This document shows positions 8,986 through 18,183 of a DNA stretch of 32,546 bases, piece after piece. The translations under genes were made by a program, and so were the position numbers. Position 1 is the first letter of the stretch. The number at the start of each line of letters is the position of its first letter. The DNA is taken from the IMG/VR virus record IMGVR_UViG_3300040985_001501, positions 1 to 32,546 of that record; one strand, written 5' to 3'. The notes beneath the pieces are model-generated. The model searched no databases. It saw nothing but the letters and a program-made list of their open reading frames with translations, and was not told where the DNA came from. This DNA is from a virus (taxonomy: Duplodnaviria > Caudoviricetes).

Positions 8986-9319
8986 TGCGGTACTCCATCT
9001 GTGTGGTTACAAGCTGCGCCCTGTCCATCCGGTTCTGACGGTATCCCAACACTGTTTGAATCAACGCGACCGTTCCTGGCAGTCCGACACGCAACCACCC
9101 CATCGATTGTGTCCATGTCCCGTAGGCGGATTGTCCCTGGTTGATGCCGTTCCACACCCACGCTCCCGCGGATGCTACGAACAGCAGGGCAGCCACCCAC
9201 CACAACACCGCCCTGATCTTGCGGTACGGAATATGGTTCGTGTCCCACGCGTACAGGCCGAATGAGAACAGTCCGACTGCCATTATTGTGTGCCCCGCGG
9301 CGTTCGCGAAGAAAGTCAT
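8960..9319 (-). CDS. multi-TM membrane protein (holin-like candidate)
   Basis: About three hydrophobic segments; follows the tail genes. Confidence 0.55.
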   Translation of the reverse strand: MTFFANAAGHTIMAVGLFSFGLYAWDTNHIPYRKIRAVLWWVAALLFVASAGAWVWNGINQGQSAYGTWTQSMGWLRVGLPGTVALIQTVLGYRQNRMDRAQLVTTQMEYRSDPFLRVV

Positions 9320-9390
9320 AGTAGTACATGCCCCAAGAATGACAGGCGTGTATCTTCTGTGTCACTAAAAATCATCGGGAAACCTTGCGC

Positions 9391-10074
9391 TCATGCCACA
9401 CGCAAACCCCAATAACCAGCAAACCCGGTAAACGGAATCGGCGGCTGCAACATAATAGCGCAACCAGAGAACGCGTTACCACCAGCCGACGAAGACACAT
9501 TCATCGTTTTTGTCGTCGTGTCCGTGGTGGTAATCTGCATGAATCCGGTAGTCGAATCGTCGTTCGATGTCGTTACCGAATCGAACTCAGATAGCCTGGT
9601 AAAGTCGCCTGTCGCAGTGAGGTTCGTGCCACCCGAAACCTCGACACACCACAGGCCGACACCGATACCATCCGCGATGCCATTCAAACCACCTAGCGTT
9701 AGAGTCCCACAGTTCGATCCTGTAGTCGCAGTGTTCACTGCTGGCGTGGACTGCTCGACACCAGAGAAGGACTTCGCCCACAGATGCCGCCGACCAGACC
9801 AACCCGCTACCGAAATGGTCGTGGACGAGGCTGCGGTGATACCGGCGTCGTTCAGCGTCCAGATGCCGATCTCAATTTTGGAGCAGGTCGTGGACTCCTG
9901 CAATGTCATCGCCTGCCCACCGTATGTCACACCCGTCGGGGCTGTCGGCGATGACGCAAACTGGTTGATCGAAGTCATCACGACAAGCATCCGGTCAGTA
10001 CCAGCGGACACCGAGTACGATAGGGTGCTGACGTTGATGTTGCCGCCCTGCGAGTCGAGTGCCGCGACAGCCAT
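9391..10074 (-). CDS. Ser/Thr-rich minor tail/virion protein
   Basis: Beta-rich S/T/G composition (DRMLVV..., GVTYGGQAMT); coupled to upstream tail genes. Confidence 0.65.
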   Translation of the reverse strand: MAVAALDSQGGNINVSTLSYSVSAGTDRMLVVMTSINQFASSPTAPTGVTYGGQAMTLQESTTCSKIEIGIWTLNDAGITAASSTTISVAGWSGRRHLWAKSFSGVEQSTPAVNTATTGSNCGTLTLGGLNGIADGIGVGLWCVEVSGGTNLTATGDFTRLSEFDSVTTSNDDSTTGFMQITTTDTTTKTMNVSSSAGGNAFSGCAIMLQPPIPFTGFAGYWGLRVA

Positions 10075-10547
10075 CAGGCACCACTCACAGACAGGATAAG
10101 TTTCACATCAGACACCGCCGTAGAACCCGTCGCAGTGGTTGCTTTCACAAGCAGCACATCACCAGACGACAACGAAGTAATCGACGGAACCACAGCGGCA
10201 GTAGTCCATGATTTACCTGAAGTCAACGTTATGCCCGCAGCCGTGCTGAACATTGAATCGAAGAGCGTCGAAGTGCTTGTGAGGTTCTCCGCCGTACTCC
10301 GATAAACGTCCAGTATCACACTGCCCGAAGTGGAAGCAGTCTCCACTGATAGCAGAGCGCTGTTCACTGTTAGTGGGTACGGCACCCGGAACCGGGCGGC
10401 AGCGAACCCCGACGAAATAGTGCCTGTCGCGGTGAACTCCAAATGCTGAAGGTTAGCCACATCCATGTTCGCCGAAACATAAGTGTTCATGTCCGAAGCT
10501 GTCATCGAAGTGCCAGCCCGCCACACCTTCGTCGCAGTGAAACTCAT
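10074..10547 (-). CDS. minor tail protein, paralog B
   Basis: MSF....W.AG...TASDMN.YVSAN N-terminus typical of tail/baseplate fibre modules. Confidence 0.65.
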   Translation of the reverse strand: MSFTATKVWRAGTSMTASDMNTYVSANMDVANLQHLEFTATGTISSGFAAARFRVPYPLTVNSALLSVETASTSGSVILDVYRSTAENLTSTSTLFDSMFSTAAGITLTSGKSWTTAAVVPSITSLSSGDVLLVKATTATGSTAVSDVKLILSVSGA

Positions 10548-10999
10548 GCGCCGCTCACACTGATGATCACAGTCGCATCCGCTGTCGCAGCAGAACCATC
10601 ATCAACCACAGCGAACGTCATCACGTCGCCGGCAGCGAAAGCAGTCACGGAAGGCACCGACGCCGGACCGTCAAACGTGCCTGACGACACAGTGGGCAGC
10701 GCCGACGACGACGTAAACAAAGTCACGGCGGTAGAACCAGCGGCTGGCGTTTTCAGCACATCGAACACCACCGACCCAGAAGTAGACGCGGTGCCGACAC
10801 TCCCCCGCGCGTTGTTCACAGTCACCGGATACGGTGCGACCCACCGGCCAGCCTTCGCCCCAGAAGTAAGCGAACCCACAAACCCCACAGTGACATGCCC
10901 CAAGTTCGCGACATCCATGTTGGCGGATACTTGGGCGTTCATCTGCGCCGCCGTCACAGTCTGCCCGGTAGTCCAAGTGATCGTCGTACTAAACGACAT
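10544..10999 (-). CDS. minor tail protein, paralog A
   Basis: Shares VSANMDVANL, PYP.TVN and TASTSGSV..DV with 10074-10547. Confidence 0.65.
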   Translation of the reverse strand: MSFSTTITWTTGQTVTAAQMNAQVSANMDVANLGHVTVGFVGSLTSGAKAGRWVAPYPVTVNNARGSVGTASTSGSVVFDVLKTPAAGSTAVTLFTSSSALPTVSSGTFDGPASVPSVTAFAAGDVMTFAVVDDGSAATADATVIISVSGA

Positions 11000-11029
11000 T
11001 TGATCCACCCCCTAAAGGTGTGATACGAT
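11000..11029 (+). promoter_or_regulatory. putative plus-strand promoter TTGATC-N18-TACGAT
   Basis: Hexamers lie upstream of AGGAGG (11037-11042) and ATG at 11049. Confidence 0.45.
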
Positions 11030-11048
11030 GCGCGACAGGAGGAACACA

Positions 11049-11309
11049 ATGACATACTTCAGAAGCACGTTGGCAACATTCGCCGGCCTCTACATGATTC
11101 TCTACGGAACCGCAATGGCGGTCTTCGGGATGGAATACACTTCCCTCGAAGTCGGCATCGGTGTCGTAGCAGGCGGCGCCTGGCTGCTCACAATGAGAGA
11201 CATGCTGAACCGGTCGTGGAAAGACGCGTTCCATTACCATCCGAGCAGCCCCTGTGTCGAACGGTCCAACTTGCCCAACACCGGATCATCCAACGTAAAC
11301 ATGCGCTGA
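11049..11309 (+). CDS. small two-TM membrane protein, antisense to the tail operon
   Basis: Fills the only gap in the tail operon; AGGAGG RBS; two hydrophobic helices. Confidence 0.6.
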   Translation: MTYFRSTLATFAGLYMILYGTAMAVFGMEYTSLEVGIGVVAGGAWLLTMRDMLNRSWKDAFHYHPSSPCVERSNLPNTGSSNVNMR

Positions 11310-13126
11310 TTCTCCGCAGGCGACAATCCCAAATCCATCACCCACGTTTCCGTATTGCCAGAAATGCGTATGCTTTCCACAAACATGTCCCACTGGTTCT
11401 GAGCTCCGCCGCTAATCGGAGTGTTCTCCACGCTGACCAGATCACCGATCTTGCGTGACAGCAATTCTGTCCAGTCCGCGTTGCTTGTTACTGTCGAATG
11501 AAGCAGCACAAGGTTGGCTGCGGTGCGTGGCGCCTTACCGTATTCTGTTACTAGCCACGCAGCGTAGTCTGCGATTTCGGTGGCTGTCGGCGAGTTAGAT
11601 GTGCGGGAAAGTGAACGGCGAGCGAACCTAGCAACAGAGGTCGTGTCGCTGTCCGCGGTGAGCGTACCGGAGGCGTCGGTAATGCTCACGACGTTTCTGA
11701 GGTAGTCGTAGTCCCTGTCCCAAACCAAATCCCGGTACGGGGTGTCCGACCCGTCGTTGGAGAACGTCGCAGCGTAAGTAGACGTGTTGCGGTCGTAACG
11801 GTTCTTGAACACGAAGTCGCCGGCACCGTCAACAAATAGTTCGCCGTCCTCAGTGTCCTGCGCTAGATGGCTGGCGGAGAGAGCGACTAGCGAAGGCGCT
11901 GTGAGTGCCTGCATCGTGGATATGCCCGCCGAAATCGACCTGCTCGCGGACGGCCAACCGACCAGATCCAGAAGTGAAGTGATCCGAGCAGATGTGAGTT
12001 GTGAACCCCACGGTGAGGCACCAGCATTGTAGTGTGCGAGTATCCGGGCAGCGGACAGTTCGGTGTCGTATACGACGATTTCGTCTACTGTTCCGGTGAA
12101 ATCTTCGCGTATCCACGGGTCCGAGTATCTGTTGGCTTTTCTGCCGATCCGGACTGGGGTTGAACCGCAAGTGGTCCCACGGTCGAATGTTGTTCTCGAC
12201 TGGTCTAGAACGCCATCAATGTAACAAAGGTATGTTTGGTTAGACGGTGACGCTGTGCCGTCAGCGGTGAACGCGAAGTGATGCCATGCGCCGTCGTCGA
12301 GTGCGTCAGTGCATTGCAGCCCGATCCCGGAACTGCCGAAGGTGTACCAGGATGCACGGATTTTGCCGGCGTTGGTCATCTCTATGATGATGCCGCCGAG
12401 ATCGGCCTGGCCGCTGTCGTTGTGTTGCAAATAGATGACAGCAGGTTGCGTCGGTGTGGTAGATGTTTTGAACCAGCCCTCCACCGTGAACGGCTGAGAC
12501 GTTAGTACCGCGGCGTTAACTTGCGCGCCGTCGTCGGTGCCATCAAGCGTTACGGCAGTGTCGTTGTCCGCGGTGATCGCACCGGAAACAGAATACGTGG
12601 GGTTGCCGATATAGGTGCCGTGTCTGCGGTTACCTGACGAATCAATGGTGGTCGGCCCCGCCGTCTCACCCAACCGATACCAGGCGTAGGGACTGTCCGC
12701 TGTGACTTCTTCTGACCATAGCGACCCGAATGTGTAGAGCTGCAAAACGGAAAGGCCGTCTACGGCTGTGATCGTGGTAGCGGTGTCCTTGAAGTCTCGT
12801 TGTTTGACAGACCATGATTCCACGAACCCCCGAAACAGGTCATAGGTGACGGCGTTATGGGTCGCGCGTACGCGGATCGGCACCATCGGCACCAGGTCGC
12901 CTGCGTAGGTGCCGGCACTGTTGTCGGGGTCGAAGTCGCCTGTGGAGTTGTCCAGTGTGAGTGTCATTTTGCCGGGTCTTGTTCGTGTGAACGGTGATTG
13001 GCGGCCGCGGTTGATGCTGAATCCGGGGTCGTGTCTGACTTCGGCGGTGATGTCCACCCATGTTGGTGTGGCGTCGTTCCAGTTGTCGCCGGGCGCGAAC
13101 TCGACGGTGAGGACAGGGAGCGCCAT
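11234..13126 (-). CDS. minor tail (hub/baseplate) protein with internal LamG/concanavalin-A-like domain
   Basis: Follows the tape measure gene; WVDIT..V...INRGR...PG...LDN..G.FDP N-terminus; YAWYRLGE...FTVEGWFKT...DGAWHH...GTVDEIVVY...LSAARILAHY. Confidence 0.8.
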   Translation of the reverse strand: MALPVLTVEFAPGDNWNDATPTWVDITAEVRHDPGFSINRGRQSPFTRTRPGKMTLTLDNSTGDFDPDNSAGTYAGDLVPMVPIRVRATHNAVTYDLFRGFVESWSVKQRDFKDTATTITAVDGLSVLQLYTFGSLWSEEVTADSPYAWYRLGETAGPTTIDSSGNRRHGTYIGNPTYSVSGAITADNDTAVTLDGTDDGAQVNAAVLTSQPFTVEGWFKTSTTPTQPAVIYLQHNDSGQADLGGIIIEMTNAGKIRASWYTFGSSGIGLQCTDALDDGAWHHFAFTADGTASPSNQTYLCYIDGVLDQSRTTFDRGTTCGSTPVRIGRKANRYSDPWIREDFTGTVDEIVVYDTELSAARILAHYNAGASPWGSQLTSARITSLLDLVGWPSASRSISAGISTMQALTAPSLVALSASHLAQDTEDGELFVDGAGDFVFKNRYDRNTSTYAATFSNDGSDTPYRDLVWDRDYDYLRNVVSITDASGTLTADSDTTSVARFARRSLSRTSNSPTATEIADYAAWLVTEYGKAPRTAANLVLLHSTVTSNADWTELLSRKIGDLVSVENTPISGGAQNQWDMFVESIRISGNTETWVMDLGLSPAENQRMFTLDDPVLGKLDRSTQGLLGW

Positions 13127-14748
13127 TAGGCGAACTCCAACGAACCGCCGCGGATCGTTTCGTTACGCAACGACTGCCGGATACGATCAACCAATTCACC
13201 CTCACTGATAACCGAACCACCCACATTCACCGTGATATTCGTGCCGCCACCCATACCGCCATTCGGGATAATCGTCCCATGCTCCGAAGGCACAAACGTC
13301 TCCCGGCCGCGCTCACCCACAGTGAACGGCACACCAGGACGAACCGGCCCACCCAACGCGCGGCCAGAACCGCCCAAGATCGCCGACGAACGCCCTGATC
13401 CAGTCGTCGAACCACCACCAGAACTCCGAGTCGCACCTGAAATGCTATTCACAGAGAACGATTTATTGATGTCTGGGAGGTTCGCCAAGTTCGTCCACTC
13501 GTCGATGAACTGGCGGGCCTGCTCCACGCCGATACCAAGAATCTGTGCTAACGCGTCGGCCTGAGCGTTCATGTCTGTAGCATCGAACGCGGCCATCGCA
13601 GCGTTCGCACGGGCAGCGGCCTCCGCCAACTCGCGGGTTTCCGCCGAAGTCTGAATGCCATCCGCAGCGACCTCTAGCAGCATCTCGTCCAACGCCTCGG
13701 CAGCGGACGCAGCAGCGAACATCGGGGACGTGAGTTTCAGAATCTCATCAGACAAATCCGCCACGGCTTCGGCTGCGTCGTCGATAGCGGGCCTGAACCG
13801 GCGGTGAGCATTGTCAGCGGCGTTCTTCAATGCGTCGTCCACGTCGCGAATGCGCGGCCGTGCTCTCTCAGAAGAAGCACGCAGACCATCCAACGCAGCG
13901 ATACTAGGTGTGAACTCCTCCACCACCTGTTCAATCGTGTTGACCATCTCGGCCAAGAAAGACACCAACGGTGCCAACTTGATTAGCAGTTCGCCAGCCT
14001 TGATCCGCAACGTGTCAAGCGCCGCAGCCATATCGGTAGATGCCTTCTGAGCATCCGTTTGACCCTCATTGAAAGAAGACATGGCGTCAGCAGACTGACC
14101 GGTGATAAGTTCTAACGTGATCTGCGCTTCGGCCTGACGTTTCGCCGCGCCAGTCAGGTCGTCCATGCCGCGGGCAAGCAGTTCAGTAGCGATCTGCTCA
14201 GACGAAATTTTCAGACCCAACGACACCAGCGCGTCGCGTTCCCCCAGCAGCGACTTCGTGAGAATCTGCGAGACTTCGTCTACGCCCTTAGTGCCACCAG
14301 TCCACTCGTTCAGCGCACCGGATAGCGTCAGGACTTCTTTGGAGAACTCGGCGGTTTGGTCGCGCGTGAACCCCATCGGTCGCACAAGGTCGCCGATAGC
14401 CGCGGCGGTGCCTTTCAGTCGTTCTTCTGCGACACCGAACCGCTGGTTCATCGTGCCTACGAATTCGTCCATCACGCCGGTCGCGGACCCGAACACGGTT
14501 TCATAACGACGGCCCCACGCCTCCGCCTGGACGCCGAGCTTGAACAGGTCTGCACCGACCTTGATGGCAGCGACAGCAGCGATTCCGCTTAGCGCCTTAG
14601 CGAACTTGTTGACGCCCGCTCCGGCCTTCTTGAAGTTGCCTTCGGTCTTCTGGACGTTCTTTTGGACGCCCTTCATCTTGCGATTGAAGTCCTTCGCGTC
14701 AGCCTCGATTTTCGCGATCAGCGTCGCGACAACTACGTCACTTGCCAC
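13126..14748 (-). CDS. tape measure protein
   Basis: Ala-rich helical 540 aa; C-terminal RALGGPV...VGERGRETFVP...GTIIPN; follows the chaperone. Confidence 0.9.
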   Translation of the reverse strand: MASDVVVATLIAKIEADAKDFNRKMKGVQKNVQKTEGNFKKAGAGVNKFAKALSGIAAVAAIKVGADLFKLGVQAEAWGRRYETVFGSATGVMDEFVGTMNQRFGVAEERLKGTAAAIGDLVRPMGFTRDQTAEFSKEVLTLSGALNEWTGGTKGVDEVSQILTKSLLGERDALVSLGLKISSEQIATELLARGMDDLTGAAKRQAEAQITLELITGQSADAMSSFNEGQTDAQKASTDMAAALDTLRIKAGELLIKLAPLVSFLAEMVNTIEQVVEEFTPSIAALDGLRASSERARPRIRDVDDALKNAADNAHRRFRPAIDDAAEAVADLSDEILKLTSPMFAAASAAEALDEMLLEVAADGIQTSAETRELAEAAARANAAMAAFDATDMNAQADALAQILGIGVEQARQFIDEWTNLANLPDINKSFSVNSISGATRSSGGGSTTGSGRSSAILGGSGRALGGPVRPGVPFTVGERGRETFVPSEHGTIIPNGGMGGGTNITVNVGGSVISEGELVDRIRQSLRNETIRGGSLEFA

Positions 14749-14923
14749 GTTTCTGCTTCCGTTTCATCTCGCGTTCACGCTCTTTGGCCTCCGCTGCCCT
14801 CAACCTGTCCCGCATCATCCAACGATGCAACTCCGCACCGCTCATCTCCGACCTCACCTGCCACTCGTACTTACCCAACCGTTCAGCCAGGTCAAGCACA
14901 TAGCGGGTTAGAGGCCGTCGTCG
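14738..14923 (-). CDS. tail assembly chaperone GT extension (-1 frame)
   Basis: RRRPLTRYVLDLAERLGKYEWQVRSEMSGAELHRW...; entered via G_GAT_TTC at 14923-14929. Confidence 0.65.
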   Translation of the reverse strand, partial: RRRPLTRYVLDLAERLGKYEWQVRSEMSGAELHRWMMRDRLRAAEAKEREREMKRKQKRGK

Positions 14924-15282
14924 AAATCCTCAATCACCTTCTCGTCGTCGGCGTCGCTACCCAACCCAGACAACCGCGCGGCGATACCCGCCAAACGAGT
15001 CACGACGGAAGAAGGCATGTCCTGAATCATGTCCCGGTTCGCTGACTCAAAAACCGGTTTGCCGTCAGCGTCATACACGCAGGCGATCAGCAGGTTGGGT
15101 TGCCATGCACGCTGGTCAATCTCTCCGTCATTCGACGCAATCGCGTAGAAGTCCACTGCCGCGCCAGCAGACAGTCCCTTCACAGTGACAGTCGATTCCC
15201 ACTCTGGGACATCCACTGTTTCCTGCGGGACCGTGCTATTGAACGCCGCTTTGCGAATGTCGGCGGCTGTCTTGTTACTCAT
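14908..15282 (-). CDS. tail assembly chaperone G
   Basis: ETVDVPEW...V.VKGLS...ACVYD.DG.PVF...RLSGL; lies between tail tube and tape measure genes. Confidence 0.85.
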   Translation of the reverse strand: MSNKTAADIRKAAFNSTVPQETVDVPEWESTVTVKGLSAGAAVDFYAIASNDGEIDQRAWQPNLLIACVYDADGKPVFESANRDMIQDMPSSVVTRLAGIAARLSGLGSDADDEKVIEDFDDGL

Positions 15283-15295
15283 CGGTAATCACCCT

Positions 15296-15949
15296 TCATG
15301 TCGTGTAATACAATGTCCCGTCTACTTGCAATGTCACACCCTCATCCGCTGTGCCGTCAATCTCCACTGACGGCGAGAAACCCGCGACACGCGCGAACCC
15401 CTCATACCGCTCACCAGCCGAATTATCAGGTACGAGCTCAACAATCAGATTCGACGATGGTGCGTTCAACGCGTCCCAGAACGGGAACGCCGTCGAGTTA
15501 GCACCGTAGAACCGCTCAATCGACACTTCGGCGTCGCTCAAACCGGGTAGGTAGGTGCGCCACTTCGGGTCAGTCGCCGACGTACTAAACGCCGTAACGT
15601 CAATCATGTTGCTGTTCACATCAAGCGACCAGTTGCGGCCACCCGCCAAATACGATGATGTCAGATAGTCAACGTCAACCGTATACGTCGCCGCCGTGGA
15701 ATGCGGTGTCGAGAACGTCACCACACCCTGCACATGGTTGATGCTCTTAGCGTCCGTGTTCACACTGCCCGTAGCACCAGACACGAACACTGACGGCATC
15801 GTAGACGTGCGATCCCAATGACGCTTCGCTGTGCTGTCGATACTCAACGTCACACCATCCGTAGACAGTGTGGCCGCCTCGTTCGTGCTGTTCGTCGCCG
15901 CAGCAGACGTGACACGTATCCGCGACACCTTTCCGCTAATAGCAGCCAT
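15296..15949 (-). CDS. tail tube protein paralog with an inserted domain
   Basis: MAAISGK...WSLDVNSNM..VT.FSTS...W..YLPGL.DA shared with 15959-16369. Confidence 0.7.
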   Translation of the reverse strand: MAAISGKVSRIRVTSAAATNSTNEAATLSTDGVTLSIDSTAKRHWDRTSTMPSVFVSGATGSVNTDAKSINHVQGVVTFSTPHSTAATYTVDVDYLTSSYLAGGRNWSLDVNSNMIDVTAFSTSATDPKWRTYLPGLSDAEVSIERFYGANSTAFPFWDALNAPSSNLIVELVPDNSAGERYEGFARVAGFSPSVEIDGTADEGVTLQVDGTLYYTT

Positions 15950-15958
15950 ACCAGACTC

Positions 15959-16369
15959 CTAAGTGGTAGTCGAGAAGGTTACGGCACCCGAATACTGGAT
16001 GTCCCAGGATGCGTCAACAGTGCCATCAATATCAGCGTTCACCGACTGACGGCTCAAAAAGGCTGTACCGGAGTACTTGCCGCCGTTAGTCTGATCCGCT
16101 TCCAACACCAACGTCGCAGACGCCGGCGTGAAAATGTTGTCCTGCAAGTCCTTCTGCGCTGTCGAACCGCCACCGATGTCCCAGAACCCGTTGATGCTCC
16201 CAGAAGCGTCATTCAAACCGGGCGTGTACTCACGCCACGTCACCGACGACGTACTAAAACTGGTCACTTCAAGCATGTTCGTGTTCACATCAAGTGACCA
16301 CCCATTTACGCGCAACACAGGAACAGAACCGAGATAAACGGTGCCGCCCTTGCCGCTAATAGCTGCCAA
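15959..16369 (-). CDS. major tail (tube) protein
   Basis: WSLDVNTNMLEVTSF...WREYTPGL.DASGSI.GFWD...YSGTA; TTG start after AGGGAG. Confidence 0.8.
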   Translation of the reverse strand: MAAISGKGGTVYLGSVPVLRVNGWSLDVNTNMLEVTSFSTSSVTWREYTPGLNDASGSINGFWDIGGGSTAQKDLQDNIFTPASATLVLEADQTNGGKYSGTAFLSRQSVNADIDGTVDASWDIQYSGAVTFSTTT

Positions 16370-16404
16370 TATGTTCTCCCTAGATAGGGACCCTCATGGG
16401 GTTC

Positions 16405-16581
16405 TTATGTTGTTGCATGCACCAACGCCGCCAACTGAGCAAGGCGAATAACCTTGATCTGCTTACAACGTGGACATTTGATCTCCACGTCAGACGACTC
16501 CGCACGGAACAACAGTTGCCCGCACATGCCGCCCAACCCTGGCCGTTTGAAATCGGCGTCGCATCTGACTTCTCTAAACAT
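16405..16581 (-). CDS. Com-family Zn-ribbon protein (Mu Com-like translational regulator)
   Basis: EVRC...CGQLLFRA...VEIKCPRCK. Confidence 0.7.
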   Translation of the reverse strand: MFREVRCDADFKRPGLGGMCGQLLFRAESSDVEIKCPRCKQIKVIRLAQLAALVHATT

Positions 16582-16759
16582 CGCCCTGATACGCTCCCAA
16601 CTCCATCGACGCAATAACAAGAGCACGCGCAGTGTCGGCAGCTAATTCCTCATCCATGCCGCCCGCCGTCAAAGTCAAATAGCAGGACAGGATGATCCGT
16701 GACAGTTCGTTCAGGTAGGCTGACGCCTGATCCATCCGTGCGATCTGATCCGGTTTCAT
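16574..16759 (-). CDS. hypothetical protein
   Basis: Coupled 61-aa ORF. Confidence 0.55.
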   Translation of the reverse strand: MKPDQIARMDQASAYLNELSRIILSCYLTLTAGGMDEELAADTARALVIASMELGAYQGDV

Positions 16760-17190
16760 GTCGCCTGCTTCATAATGTTGAAATTCACCGAAAACAGATA
16801 CCTGTCGTTGTCGTCACGGCCGATAAAGAACGGGTCTTGTGCTGCGGCGATACCCAAATACTGTGTGCCTGTCGCAGTTGGTAGCGGCCCCGAGTAGCCG
16901 TCCAACAGTTGCGTAGCGATCTCCGCGTTATCACGGGCCGTCTGATACAACGTTGAGCGGGATAGGATCTGCATTGACGGTTGCTTAATCGCAACATCCG
17001 CCAACGTGCCAGTCGAGAACGCGTACTCGTTGCCGAACCCCTGCGTGTCATACAAACTGATCTGAGTGTTCCCAGCCGCCGTCGTGTCAACGAACCCGCC
17101 ACGAACAAGGTTGCCGGCAGTGCCAGCCAGTTTCGTGAACTTCGTTGACTGCGCCGCAAGATAAGTGGCGACATCATCAATAACTGGCAT
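16756..17190 (-). CDS. tail terminator / tail completion protein
   Basis: DVATYL...YDT.G...PSMQI..R...Y..A...DDNDR..FSVNF; position after the neck gene. Confidence 0.7.
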   Translation of the reverse strand: MPVIDDVATYLAAQSTKFTKLAGTAGNLVRGGFVDTTAAGNTQISLYDTQGFGNEYAFSTGTLADVAIKQPSMQILSRSTLYQTARDNAEIATQLLDGYSGPLPTATGTQYLGIAAAQDPFFIGRDDNDRYLFSVNFNIMKQAT

Positions 17191-17576
17191 CAGCGTCCCC
17201 AAGCTCGTTGTAGACGGCGGGCGATCTTCCGACCGATAGTCGGAGCCGCTTCCTTCACCGGGCCTTCTAGGTACTTAGCGCGGCCCTGACCGGGATGGTT
17301 GAAATCTGTTCGTTCGTGCTGGATGAGCGCGTAGGCGGCTGCTGCGCCACCGAAGCCGAGTTCAACAGATACGTTGCTACCCGAGATCCGTGGCCTCTCC
17401 ACACGCCCTGACGCCCTTAGAGTGCCCAAGTCAACTGGCACCCAAGAACGCTTCGATGTGGTCATAATCAGTTCGCCCTCCACATACAAAGCATCAGCCA
17501 ACGCGGTCGGCGTCACACGCTCAATGCCTTTGAGTCGGGCGACGGCTTCTTTGACGCCTGTCAGTTTGATACCCAT
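17190..17576 (-). CDS. HK97 gp10-like neck protein
   Basis: VPVDLGTLRASG...YALIQHE...H..GQ.KYLE.P. Confidence 0.8.
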   Translation of the reverse strand: MGIKLTGVKEAVARLKGIERVTPTALADALYVEGELIMTTSKRSWVPVDLGTLRASGRVERPRISGSNVSVELGFGGAAAAYALIQHERTDFNHPGQGRAKYLEGPVKEAAPTIGRKIARRLQRAWGR

Positions 17577-17635
17577 ATTGCGGGTGTCCCGTTGCTAGTG
17601 ATCGTCTGCGGATCGTTATCCCAAATCATTGTCAT

Positions 17636-17974
17636 CTAACCGAGGAAGCATTGCGTATGATGATGTCCGTCCTCGTCCGGGTACTGCTCCACCCGGATAA
17701 CCGGCCCCAACTCCACGCCGCCAATCGACAGTTTGTCCGACACCGCGAACGTGGAAGCGGACTTGATGTAAAGAACACTGTTGGCGACTTCCTGCTCGCC
17801 CTGCAAATTCGTAACCTCAGTCTGCTTAATCACATGCCGACACCTATACGACGCCGTCGAAGTAGTGAACACGAAGGTGCCGTACCCGTCAGTCGACAAC
17901 GACGACATCGGATCAACATGCAACGTCGAAGGCATCAAATCAAGCAGCGCATCATTGAAGCTCACAGCGGCCAC
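17636..17974 (-). CDS. head closure (stopper) protein
   Basis: DGYG....CR......G.E.V.. pattern; synteny. Confidence 0.6.
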   Translation of the reverse strand: MAAVSFNDALLDLMPSTLHVDPMSSLSTDGYGTFVFTTSTASYRCRHVIKQTEVTNLQGEQEVANSVLYIKSASTFAVSDKLSIGGVELGPVIRVEQYPDEDGHHHTQCFLG

Positions 17975-18183
17975 CCCCTAACGATCTTCGGGAACGACTC
18001 GGCGATCACCTGGCGGCCCCAACGATATACCAAAGGCATACCCGGCCGATACCGCCGTATCACAGTGAACGGCCCGACCTTCACGATACGGAACACCCGG
18101 CGATAATCGTTAGAGTTCGCCCAATACGTCAACGCCGTCTTATGCGCCTGATAATTCGTGTCGCCCACCGTTACAGCGTTCAC
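17962..18183 (-). CDS. hypothetical protein
   Basis: GTGA overlap with the upstream stop; fills the gap. Confidence 0.45.
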   Translation of the reverse strand: MNAVTVGDTNYQAHKTALTYWANSNDYRRVFRIVKVGPFTVIRRYRPGMPLVYRWGRQVIAESFPKIVRGWPL

